Positions 16,201 through 24,428 of a stretch of DNA of 32,000 nt are shown piece after piece. Under the pieces are notes generated by a model. That model saw only the letters and a program-made list of their open reading frames with translations. It did not search any database and had not been told where the DNA came from. Source of the DNA: Opitutales bacterium (GTDB taxonomy: Bacteria; Verrucomicrobiota; Verrucomicrobiia; Opitutales; PNEW01). Positions within the stretch are counted from its first letter, which is position 1. Each line of letters opens with the position of its first letter. The translations under genes and the position numbers were made by a program. The stretch spans positions 1,590,001-1,622,000 of the forward strand of contig CBDCNV010000002.1 of assembly GCA_965219535.1 (NCBI GenBank), written 5' to 3'.

Positions 16201-19200
16201 TCAGCGAACTCCCCCCTCCATCCGTATGCGAGGATCGAGCCACAATAGGAGCAGGTCGCTGACCAGGGTACCCAGAACTCCGAGCAAGCTGAGAATCATG
16301 AGCATCGATCCGGCCAGATACATATCTTCCTTCATCAGTGCCTCCAGCATTAACGGTCCTACCGTGGGTAAGCTGAGGACCATCGCGACGATTGCGCCCC
16401 CGGAGACCAGTTGAGGGAAAATTGCCCCGATACTGGATATGAACGGGTTAAGTGCCAGTCGCACGGGGTATTTGAATAACAGTTTAAAGGGGCGTACCCC
16501 CTTGGCCATCGCGGTAATGACATAAGGTTTTTTCAACTCGTCCAGCAGGTTACCTCGCATTACCCGGATCATACTCGCGGTTCCCGTGGCGCCGAGGACG
16601 ACAACGGGTACCCAGATGTGCTGCAAGAGGTCAACTATTTTACCTTTAGTCCATTCTGGTTGGATTGAATATTCAGGTGAAAATAGACCCGAAATATTAA
16701 CGCCCAGATACTTACTGCTCCAATAAAGAAGGATCAAGGCGAAGAGAAAACTGGGAATACTCATTCCAATGAAACCGATCAATGTAAATACATAATCACC
16801 CAAGGTATATTGGCGAACTGCTGAATATATTCCGATGGGTAAGGCTACTGCCCAGGTAAAGAGTATAGTGCCCATCGAAATGAGCAAAGTTAGAAGGATA
16901 CGATCGCCCACCACTGCATTGACCGTGCTCTGGTTTTCCATGGATAAACCCAAGTGACCCTGTAATAAACCCTGGTCTTTTTTTTCAAAGGAAGTAAACC
17001 AGTTAAGACCTAGCCAAAGTAAATAACGTTCGGCAATAGACTTATCGAGATGAAAGATCTCCCGCAGCTTTTCAATCTCATCGATGTCTACCTGACTACC
17101 TTTTAACTGTAATTCTATAATTTTAGTATCGATATAATTTCCCGGTGGCAGCTGAATGATAACAAAAGAGATCATCGAGATAATGAGAAGAGTCGGACCC
17201 ATGATGAGTAGTCGCCTGCCGATATAAGGATGCCGTATCCCGATCAAAATTATTCCGCAAACGGCAACACCTAAAAACAGTTTTTTTATAAGCCATGCCA
17301 TGCGTTCATTACTGCTTGATGTTGGATCATCTTGGCTGGATCCGTAAGAAGCAGGGGTGATTTCTATCAATTCTTTTTTCATTTGCGCAAGGGTTCCAGG
17401 CGAATGATAAGGCTTCTCAAAGTAGTAGGTTTCCATTCCCGCGTTAGATGGCGTAAGGAAGAATCCACTATAGGCGGCATTGTATGGAACGTTTTTAAAA
17501 TCGTTTTTGACCACTACCGGGAACGGTGGTGAAGTGGTTACATTGATTGACCAGACATTCTCTGCGGCGATGTCGAAAAGCTTATTGAAAATTAACCGTT
17601 GATCTTCACGATTAATTGCACTGTATGATTCATCGATCAGCTTCATTGTCTGTCGCATGGGGTGATCTATCGGTGGTTCAATGCCGCCTAACTCTGTGGC
17701 TTCAGGATTTCCGTAAAGTCCCCCTCCCTTGTACCAATTCTGATAGCCATAGGCTTGATATGCTGATATTCCAGCAATTTTTTTACCCCCTATAACAGGA
17801 ATATATTCTGCGTTCCCAGGATAAATGGAAAATTCGACTTTGCGCGAATTTAGTTGTACTCTAAAGAGGGCCGATGGCGGCTGACGTTGGATGGCGCGAA
17901 TGCCAATACGGCTCCAGTCTTCGATGATGAGCTCCGTCGGTCCTTCGTCTTCTCCCTGTTTAATGGTATAATACCAGACCATACGCGTACCGTCCACAAA
18001 TGTACGGTATCCCTTGGAATCCCTCTGGGTTAGACCGAGCTCGTCGAGTAAGGCGTTAGCCTTGTCGGGTGAATATTCGGTGAAACTTTTATAAAGTTTT
18101 TCATGGTGGAAATATGACTCCCTCCCGGGTGATAACTGTGCGGGTTCTCCCACTCCATTGTATACATTTTCGATTATTTGGCGTCGATTGATGGCGAGGG
18201 AAAGTGCCTGGCGGAACCGTTTGCTGTTGAGCAGATCATGTTTCATTTGGGTAACCGGATCGTCAGGGTCCACCAATAAATTTAGATTTGGATGGATGAG
18301 GTAGCGTGAACGTGAAGCTGGAAACCAGTGATACACTTCGTAATTGTTTATTTCGCGTTGTGACATGAGCAGGGTATAATAGAGATCCATACTGCCAAAA
18401 ATTTTAAAGGTGACGGCTCCACTGGCCGCAGTTATTGGTATAAGCTTATAGGTTTTTGCCTCGGTAAATAATTGGTCCACATAGGGGAGCTGATTGCCCT
18501 CGGTATCAACTGCCCAGTAGAAGGGATTGCGGACAAACACCTGGGGTGGATTCGCTTTAAAAGTGCGATAAAGCCAGGGCCAAATCCTCGGGTGTTCTGG
18601 GTTATTCCAGAGTTTCAATGAAGCATATAGGCTCCTACGCGAAGGTAGCCTCCTTTCTTCCATGTTCGCTTCGATAAAGGCGTCATCACCAAATACCGGG
18701 TGGTATATTTCCAGGTAATGTTGAGGCGAGCAAATATCATTAAATTTAGCCAAGGCTTCTAAAAATGCTCCATAGGGGTGAGGGAAAACGAACTTTACGG
18801 TGTGATCATCGATTTTAGTTATCTCCCCTTTCTTACCGCCTATATCCATCCATTCGGCAGTAGCAACCCCAGGGATATTAAGCGGTATTTCTTTTTCCCA
18901 CCAGTACAGGAGATCATCGGCAGTAAAAGGGTGGCCGTCAGACCACTTCATGCCTCTTCGCAGGTAAAATGTCCATGCCCTCTTATCGGGACTGGAATCC
19001 CAACGCTTAGCGATATGAGGGACGATCGGGTAACCGAGCGGCGACCAGCGAACAAGAGAAGATCCGGCAAAGAAGCTACCGACGTATTCTGCCTGGTGTG
19101 GTGATCCTACCACTTGAAACCAGGTGCCGCCGTATCTACCAATACTGTCCACGCCTTTTAGAACTAACGGCTCGGATCCCACACGTTTGGCCACCGGTGG

Positions 19201-19488
19201 AAGTTTGCCCTCCTCTACCAGCTCGGTGATAATGGGGGATTCGGATTTTGGATACCACGGGCCAGATTTGCCCTCGCGGTAATCAACATCCTGTTGTATT
19301 TTGAAAAGGTCATCCTCGGTGAAACTAACGTCTCTTAACTTTTGAGTGTATTCAATTGTTTCCGGGGTATAGTAAATGGGTTCCTCCTCCAGCTCCGGCT
19401 TTAAAACATCACCCCAAAAATACAAAAATACAAAAAAGGAACAACCCGTAAGAAAAAGAAATCCGCTATACTTCGAAATTTTATTCAT
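16201..19488 (-). CDS. Fusion protein: family-5 (Opp/Dpp-type) ABC substrate-binding domain + DppB/OppB-type ABC permease
   Basis: 1095 aa. It has an N-terminal signal anchor and a ~600-aa solute-binding region (RYGGTWFQVVGSP..., WSDGHPFTADDLLYWWEK). From about aa 735 there is a six-TM permease with the typical N-terminus RRLLIMGPTLLIISMISFVIIQLPPGNYID and an EAA-loop region MRGNLLDELKKPYVITAMAKGVRPFKLLFKYPVRLALNP. No second permease or ATPase gene is nearby. Confidence 0.85.
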   Translation of the reverse strand: MNKISKYSGFLFLTGCSFFVFLYFWGDVLKPELEEEPIYYTPETIEYTQKLRDVSFTEDDLFKIQQDVDYREGKSGPWYPKSESPIITELVEEGKLPPVAKRVGSEPLVLKGVDSIGRYGGTWFQVVGSPHQAEYVGSFFAGSSLVRWSPLGYPIVPHIAKRWDSSPDKRAWTFYLRRGMKWSDGHPFTADDLLYWWEKEIPLNIPGVATAEWMDIGGKKGEITKIDDHTVKFVFPHPYGAFLEALAKFNDICSPQHYLEIYHPVFGDDAFIEANMEERRLPSRRSLYASLKLWNNPEHPRIWPWLYRTFKANPPQVFVRNPFYWAVDTEGNQLPYVDQLFTEAKTYKLIPITAASGAVTFKIFGSMDLYYTLLMSQREINNYEVYHWFPASRSRYLIHPNLNLLVDPDDPVTQMKHDLLNSKRFRQALSLAINRRQIIENVYNGVGEPAQLSPGRESYFHHEKLYKSFTEYSPDKANALLDELGLTQRDSKGYRTFVDGTRMVWYYTIKQGEDEGPTELIIEDWSRIGIRAIQRQPPSALFRVQLNSRKVEFSIYPGNAEYIPVIGGKKIAGISAYQAYGYQNWYKGGGLYGNPEATELGGIEPPIDHPMRQTMKLIDESYSAINREDQRLIFNKLFDIAAENVWSINVTTSPPFPVVVKNDFKNVPYNAAYSGFFLTPSNAGMETYYFEKPYHSPGTLAQMKKELIEITPASYGSSQDDPTSSSNERMAWLIKKLFLGVAVCGIILIGIRHPYIGRRLLIMGPTLLIISMISFVIIQLPPGNYIDTKIIELQLKGSQVDIDEIEKLREIFHLDKSIAERYLLWLGLNWFTSFEKKDQGLLQGHLGLSMENQSTVNAVVGDRILLTLLISMGTILFTWAVALPIGIYSAVRQYTLGDYVFTLIGFIGMSIPSFLFALILLYWSSKYLGVNISGLFSPEYSIQPEWTKGKIVDLLQHIWVPVVVLGATGTASMIRVMRGNLLDELKKPYVITAMAKGVRPFKLLFKYPVRLALNPFISSIGAIFPQLVSGGAIVAMVLSLPTVGPLMLEALMKEDMYLAGSMLMILSLLGVLGTLVSDLLLLWLDPRIRMEGGVR

Positions 19489-19589
19489 CTACAGGACTAA
19501 GCTAAATGTTGGTTGTCGAAGACACGGATTAGCTCGGCATTGTATTAATCATAAGTCTCTAATTAAAAATATCATATGATTAAGCGAAG

Positions 19590-19638
19590 TGGGGTGGCTG
19601 ACCGGATTTGAACCGGCGACCCCCGGAACCACAATCCG
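19590..19638 (-). repeat. tRNA-His 3'-half remnant (anticodon GTG; putative att-site copy 2)
   Basis: The reverse complement reads cggattgtggttccgggggtcgccggttcaaatccggtcagccacccca. The anticodon loop ttGTGgt reads His, and the discriminator C plus CCA are as expected for tRNA-His. It is 45/49 identical to 3687-3735. The upstream sequence (gaaactatcttatataactacagtcct) has no D arm or 5' acceptor strand. Confidence 0.8.
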
Positions 19639-19928
19639 AGGACTGTAGTTATATAAGATAGTTTCATAAATACTTATTACTTATATAAATACCTTAATCG
19701 CATAGGTTAATGTATTTAATATACCTAATACTTAATTAGCATGAAAAGGCAAGATTAGGAATTAAAATGCGTGTATTATGATAGGAATTAGTAGGAATAA
19801 ATAAAAAGGGAAGGGGTTGGTATTCGAGAGAATACGTTACGTACTAATTAGAATTATATGTTATCTGCTAATTCTAGGCTAGATTTTTATAAAAAAACTT
19901 GAGTTGAACTGCGCCCGTTTAATGTAAC

Positions 19929-20105
19929 AGCGCCAGAGTTATATCCAGCTGGGTGGTCTTTTAGTATTATAATCAGACCAATAGGTTTCGAGTTTTCTCT
20001 CACTTCAGCCAGTTTACATAATATCTCTGTGTTAAGAAGTTCATCACGTAAGCGTTCATTGAAGCTCTCAATATAACCATTTTTACTGTTTTGCCTTGGT
20101 CGAGA
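19929..20105 (-). pseudogene. ISb-like transposase orfB 3' fragment
   Basis: It aligns with ISb 26990-27175. For example, gttaagaagttcatcacgtaagcgttcattgaagctctcaatataaccatt matches gttaagaagttcatctcgtaagcgtccattgaagctctcaatataaccatt. It is truncated on both sides. Confidence 0.75.
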
Positions 20106-20710
20106 TCACGGAAACTGGGCCACCTGGAAAGGACACAGACAATGAAAGGCAAAAGCTACACAACAAAAGAGAAAATGCGGATACTGAGGCAGGCGGACAA
20201 ATGGATAACGATCATGGAAGCATGCTGCGAGAACAACATAAACGAACATACCTTCCACCGCTGGAAGCGTGAGTTTGAGATGATGGATGTCAACGAGGTC
20301 AAGCGGATGATGAAGCTTTTTGGATAAAAACGCACAGCTAAAACGGAGGCTGACGGACAAGATGCTAGGGATAGAGATCCTGCAGGAGCCCCTAGGGAAA
20401 AAATGGAAAATGTCGATTAAGCTAGGTAGTAAGGTCCTGGGACTTTGTCCATGATCGCACAGACAATGACGGTCCATTAAAGATGATGACTCTGATCGAT
20501 GAATATACGCGTAAATGCCTCGATATCCGGGTAGCTCGTCAACTCACCTCAGCCGATGTCCTCTCTGTGCTTAGCGAGGCCATTGAAGAGGAGGGAGCTC
20601 CTAGCTATATCCGTAGTGACAACGGCAGTGAGTTCATTGCTCATCAAGTGTAGCAGTGCTTGTCTGACAAAAACATCAAGGCGGTCTATATAGATCCGGG
20701 CAGTCCCTGG

Positions 20711-20755
20711 CTACCGAGCGAAGCGACACCTCAACGAGCCATAGCGAGAATAACA
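20711..20755 (+). repeat. Mini-insertion I3 (45 nt) in ISa copy 1
   Basis: ctaccgagcgaagcgacacctcaacgagccatagcgagaataaca splits the canonical IS3 motif PGSPW-x-NGFIESF, adding LPSEATPQRAIARIT. Confidence 0.7.
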
Positions 20756-20795
20756 AACGGCTTCATCGAGTCGTTTCACAACCGCTTACGCGATG

Positions 20796-20832
20796 TACCG
20801 AGGAACGTAGTTACGACATAACGAAGCGCTCA
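20796..20832 (+). repeat. Mini-insertion I4 (37 nt), present in ISa copy 1 only
   Basis: Copy 2 reads cgcgatgAGtgtttgaacc (RDECLN). Copy 1 reads cgcgatg-taccgaggaacgtagttacgacataacgaagcgctca-tgtttgaacc. Confidence 0.7.
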
Positions 20833-21094
20833 TGTTTGAACCGTGAAGTGTTGCTCAGCATAGCTGAAGCACAAGTGGTAATCGAACAATGGCGTCATAC
20901 CTACAATAATGAACATCCCCACAGTCGTTTAGGCTTCAAAAGCCCACAAGAGTTTGTCAGATTCCTTTCCGATCTTGGCCGCGTTCAGGCTACGCCCTCA
21001 CTACGCCTAGATCTCTCCTATACATCAATCCTAAAACCATTAACACCCGGTAACTCTCTCACTTAAAAATTAGTACGAAAGACGGGGTCCAATC

Positions 21095-21850
21095 ATGACT
21101 TTCGATTCATTAATTTCTGATGCGCTGAATCACAAAATTTCTGGTTGGAACTTTTCCTATATAGAAGAGAGATCCCTGATGGAAGATCTCAAGTGGAATT
21201 ACCGAGAGATTGTGTCCAGCAGATTTAAGCCTGACATTACTTTATTGGATATGGGAACGGGCGGTGGTGAGCTTTTGGCATCCTTCAGGGGCTTACCCGA
21301 GAATACGATTGCTACAGAGGGCTACCCTCCCAATGTCCCTGTCGCCCGTAAAAGACTGGAGTCACTGGGTATTCAGGTCTTCGAGGTATCAGAGGATCTC
21401 ACCTTGCCTTTTGATGACAAGTCCTTTGACTTAATCATCAATCGTCATGAAGCCTATTCATCCGACGAAGTTTATCGCATTCTGAAAGATGACGGCCAGT
21501 TCATTACTCAGCAGGTAGGCGGATCAAATAATTTCAGGTTAAACGAGCTCTTACAGGATACCCCGACTAATAGCTTCGCACACTGGAATTTAGACTTCGA
21601 TTTAAAGGAGATTGAAAATGCATGGTTTAAAATAGGTGAAAAAAGGGAGGCGTTTCCAAAAACACAATTTCTCGATGTTGGTGCCATTGTATTTTACATT
21701 AGGATGCCCCCTTATCAGTTCTCCGATTTTTTTATAAATAAATACCGCGACGGATTATTTAAAATCCATCAATACATCCAAGAAAAGGGAAGTCTGGAGG
21801 TTCAGAGCCATCGTTTCCATTTTGAAGCATATAAATCTCCTCTCAACTAA
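21095..21850 (+). CDS. Class I SAM-dependent methyltransferase
   Basis: 251 aa. Motif I is LLDMGTGGGELL, followed by an acidic post-I region and FDLIINRHE. No DNA-MTase motifs (D/NPPY, PCQ) were seen. The ATG lies 3 nt after the ISa copy 1 terminus. Confidence 0.85.
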   Translation: MTFDSLISDALNHKISGWNFSYIEERSLMEDLKWNYREIVSSRFKPDITLLDMGTGGGELLASFRGLPENTIATEGYPPNVPVARKRLESLGIQVFEVSEDLTLPFDDKSFDLIINRHEAYSSDEVYRILKDDGQFITQQVGGSNNFRLNELLQDTPTNSFAHWNLDFDLKEIENAWFKIGEKREAFPKTQFLDVGAIVFYIRMPPYQFSDFFINKYRDGLFKIHQYIQEKGSLEVQSHRFHFEAYKSPLN

Positions 21851-21909
21851 CAATAAAGATTCGATACAGTAGGTATTATAGTACATTCATTTGAAAGTTA
21901 CTTATTCAG

Positions 21910-22656
21910 ATGAACGAATATACAATGTTATGTACCGAGATGTATGATCTCGATAAACCAAGTGCTCCGGACGATGTTTTATCTTTTTACCTGGATTATG
22001 CAGAAAAAGCTAAAGGACGCGTGTTAGCACCGATGTGTGGTACTGGCCGATTTCTGATTCCGCTATCGGAGAGAGGTTTTTCCATAGATGGATTCGACAA
22101 CTCTGTATATATGTTAGAAGCCTGCAAAAGAAAGTGTGAGACTATGCAACTTAATGCAAATTTATGGAAAGCGAATTTAGAAGATTTTGATGCCAGCAAG
22201 CAGTATGCTCTGATTCTCATACCATCGGGTTCGTACGGGTTAATAATCTGTGACGATGCTGTTGCAAAAAGTTTAAAAAATATGAAAGACCATCTTTTGC
22301 CGGGTGGCACCCTTGTCCTGGAAATCGAGACCCCTTCAATTAAACCCGATAACTCTATTGAATGGGTCGAATCTAAGAGAAGAAAAAGAAAAAATGGGGA
22401 CATCATAGTCGAAAATGTTAAAACGAGCTATGATACAGAAAAAAGATTGGCGATTTTTCATCTCCGGTATGAATTATTGACTGGGAATAAAATTGTTGAA
22501 ACCGAGTGCATGGATTTAGTTACACGGTTATATTACATCGAGGAATTTGAAGACATTCTTAAAGCCAATGGGTTTAATAAAATTAAATCATTAAAAGCAT
22601 ACGATCAAACTACACCGGGTGTAGATGATGGGACAGTCGTTTTCGAATGCAAATAG
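21910..22656 (+). CDS. Class I SAM-dependent methyltransferase
   Basis: 248 aa. Motif I is VLAPMCGTGRFLIPL, then DGFDNS and YALILIPSGSYGLI. The segment is AT-rich compared with neighbouring blocks. Confidence 0.85.
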   Translation: MNEYTMLCTEMYDLDKPSAPDDVLSFYLDYAEKAKGRVLAPMCGTGRFLIPLSERGFSIDGFDNSVYMLEACKRKCETMQLNANLWKANLEDFDASKQYALILIPSGSYGLIICDDAVAKSLKNMKDHLLPGGTLVLEIETPSIKPDNSIEWVESKRRKRKNGDIIVENVKTSYDTEKRLAIFHLRYELLTGNKIVETECMDLVTRLYYIEEFEDILKANGFNKIKSLKAYDQTTPGVDDGTVVFECK

Positions 22657-22810
22657 CCAATCTTGAGAAAATGATTGGGTGTTGATCATCATGGCCGAAT
22701 ATATGATCAGTCCACAGGGAGTCCGTATGGGACGGTCAAGCCGTATTCATATATCCATACTTGTAACGGATCAGAAAATCGGGTTGTGTCTCAGTTTAAA
22801 TTTACATGGA

Positions 22811-22854
22811 GTGCCCCAAAAATCGTATCATTTACAGAGAGAGGTTATCGGGAT
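22811..22854 (+). repeat. Solo left terminal repeat of ISa (remnant)
   Basis: gtgccccaaaaatcgtatcatttacagagagaggttatcgggat matches the ISa copy 2 left end tgaccccaaaaaatggtatcatttacagggagaggttatcgggat. Homology stops after ~44 nt. Confidence 0.75.
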
Positions 22855-23475
22855 CGTTTGTCGATAATTTACGGCCATTTTAAAGGGGTGCCCCTGCTAG
22901 ATTTTTTGATTATACCCCCAATTGTAGCGAGTGCCTCATCAGTAATTACTGGAGCATCATGGAGCCGGGCTGACCCTACATTGTAGTATATACCTCCCCT
23001 TGTCCCTATTGCAGTGTAATATAGATTTTATATGCTAAAGGGCTTCATTTTGGTGTCAAAAGCGAAGCTTTTGGGGACTGTAAGCGTTTTAATTTCGGAC
23101 CTTCGGTATAGGACAATATAACATAACATCACTATATTAAGGGCAAAGGAAACCCCTGTGGGAATGACGGGGGGTAGTTCAGCGAAGAGCAAGCAGATCA
23201 GCTGATCGAGGGAGTAGCACCTAGGCAGCCACATTTAATAATTGCTTACTAGCATAACATAGGTTATTTTAATAGCTAGCAACAAACCAAAAACGTGAAA
23301 ATTAGTTAACGGATTTTAACCCCAAAATTATCTCAATCAGCAGTGATAAAATGAATTTATTGGTGTCTGAACTTAATGATACTAGGGGCATCTATTTTAA
23401 AGACTATTCTAAGCTATTTAGATGGTGAAAACTTGCACTTACTCTGCATTAGATAAAATATTAAACTGAATCGTT

Positions 23476-23910
23476 ATGGATAAGAAACAAAAACATTTTG
23501 AAATGATACAAGGAGTTATTAATAGGTTATCTCAAAACTCTTTCCTCCTTAAAGGGTGGAGTGTTATCTTGGTTTCTGCACTATTTGCTCTAGCTGCGAA
23601 TAATACTAATCCCGCTTTTATATTTCTGGCATATTTCCCAGCGTTAGCGTTCTGGATTTTAGATGGATACTATTTATGGCAAGAACGCCTATTTAGAGCT
23701 CTATATGATTATGTCAGAGGATTAGATAATGAGGATATCGATTTCTCGATGAACACATCCGTCGTAAGTAAAAGCGTGGATTCATGGCCATGTGTTATAG
23801 TATCAAAAACACTTTTAATATTTCATTTAGCAGCTGTTCTTGGTGCTATTACAATTGTCGCGGCTATAATGATAATTCAAATATGTGGAGGTTTATGCAA
23901 TGCCTCGTAG
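23476..23910 (+). CDS. Small three-TM membrane protein (144 aa), candidate effector partner of the adjacent TIR-like protein
   Basis: An in-frame tga lies 2 codons upstream of the ATG. Predicted TM segments are GWSVILVSALFALAA, AFIFLAYFPALAFWILDGYYL and TLLIFHLAAVLGAITIVAAIMIIQICG. An amphipathic linker WQERLFRALYDYVRGL lies between TM2 and TM3. The 3' end overlaps the next gene by 11 nt. Confidence 0.7.
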   Translation: MDKKQKHFEMIQGVINRLSQNSFLLKGWSVILVSALFALAANNTNPAFIFLAYFPALAFWILDGYYLWQERLFRALYDYVRGLDNEDIDFSMNTSVVSKSVDSWPCVIVSKTLLIFHLAAVLGAITIVAAIMIIQICGGLCNAS

Positions 23911-24346
23911 AGTATTTTTCAGCTTTCATTACCAACGAGATATTTGGAGGGTTAACCAAATTAGAAGCATGCAAAATATAATAGGTAGTTCTGCTGCTGG
24001 TTTTGAAGATGCTTCATTATGGGAAGCAACAAGAAAAAGAGGTAGTTATGCAATTAAAAGACTTATAAATAATGGATTAAAAAATACATCTGTTACTGTA
24101 GTATTCATCGGTGCAAAAACTTCTCGAAGAAAATACGTAAACTATGAGATTGACCAATCAATAAAGAGGGGAAACGGAATAGTTGGCATCCAAATACACC
24201 ATCTAAAGAATGAGAAGGGTTATGGAGATATGAAAGGTCTTATCCCTTACAAACTCAAGGGTAAAGGTTACAAAGTTTATAAATATTATAATCGCGTATT
24301 ATTGGCTAAACAAATTGAAGAAGCTGCCAAAGCAGCAGGTAAGTAA
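23900..24346 (+). CDS. thsB: ThsB-like TIR-like (DUF1863 type) domain protein
   Basis: The track ORF starts at GTG 23885, but ATG 23900 has a GGAGG (23887-23891) 8 nt upstream, so I prefer it. MPRRVFFSFHYQRDIWRVNQIR...AAGFEDASLWEATRKRGSYAIKRLINNGLKNTSVTVVFIGAKTSRRKYVNYEIDQSIKRGNGIVGIQIHHL closely parallels the Bacillus cereus ThsB sequence as I recall it (RVFFSFHYQ...RVN, ASLWE, LKRLIN-GL-NTSVT, R-x-V-x-YEI, GN-I-GI-I). Confidence 0.85.
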   Translation: MPRRVFFSFHYQRDIWRVNQIRSMQNIIGSSAAGFEDASLWEATRKRGSYAIKRLINNGLKNTSVTVVFIGAKTSRRKYVNYEIDQSIKRGNGIVGIQIHHLKNEKGYGDMKGLIPYKLKGKGYKVYKYYNRVLLAKQIEEAAKAAGK

Positions 24347-24378
24347 TATTAGTTTTATGCCTAACCAAGGCGCTGCAT

Positions 24379-24428
24379 CTTAGCTAGTCTATACCTTGGC
24401 TTATGGTAGACTGCACCAGCTAAGTTTT
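24379..24428 (+). terminator. Possible intrinsic terminator after the TIR-like gene
   Basis: The outer stem is cttagct (24379-24385) / agctaag (24418-24424). The inner stem is agtcta (24386-24391) / tagact (24407-24412). It is followed by tttt (24425-28). The loop is long and the T-run short, so the call is weak. Confidence 0.3.

Larger units (their letters stand above)
20106..21091 (+). mobile_element. Degenerate IS3-family element, type ISa, copy 1 (internally deleted, multiple stops)
   Basis: The orfA-like ORF starts at ATG 20142 (MKGKSYTTKEKMRILRQAD...HTFHRWKREF). The orfB remnant reads SWDFVHDRTDNDGPLKMMTLIDEYTRKC...SYIRSDNGSEFIAHQV*...PGSPW...NGFIESFHNRLRD...WRHTYNNEHPHSRLGFKSPQEF. The right terminal repeat ends ...acggggtcca at 21091. 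About 350 bp of orfB N-terminal sequence are missing relative to copy 2. Confidence 0.8.

Noticed and set aside
16186-16216. Intrinsic terminator from the hairpin ggggg-aat-gttcgc-ttca-gcgaac-t-ccccc at the 3' end of the ABC fusion gene
   Set aside because: It overlaps the stop codon. No U-run follows it on either strand: the minus strand continues gtcaaaaagtcaaaagg.
21095-22656. The two methyltransferases as a restriction-modification or DNA-modification defence module
   Set aside because: Both look like small-molecule/protein class I SAM methyltransferases. No D/NPPY or PCQ/ENV DNA-MTase motifs were seen, and there is no nuclease or specificity gene nearby.
22675-22986. 103-aa ORF (and 22679..22867) as a gene
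   Set aside because: It spans the solo ISa terminal-repeat remnant (22811-22854) and has no recognisable motifs. It is most likely non-coding IS debris.
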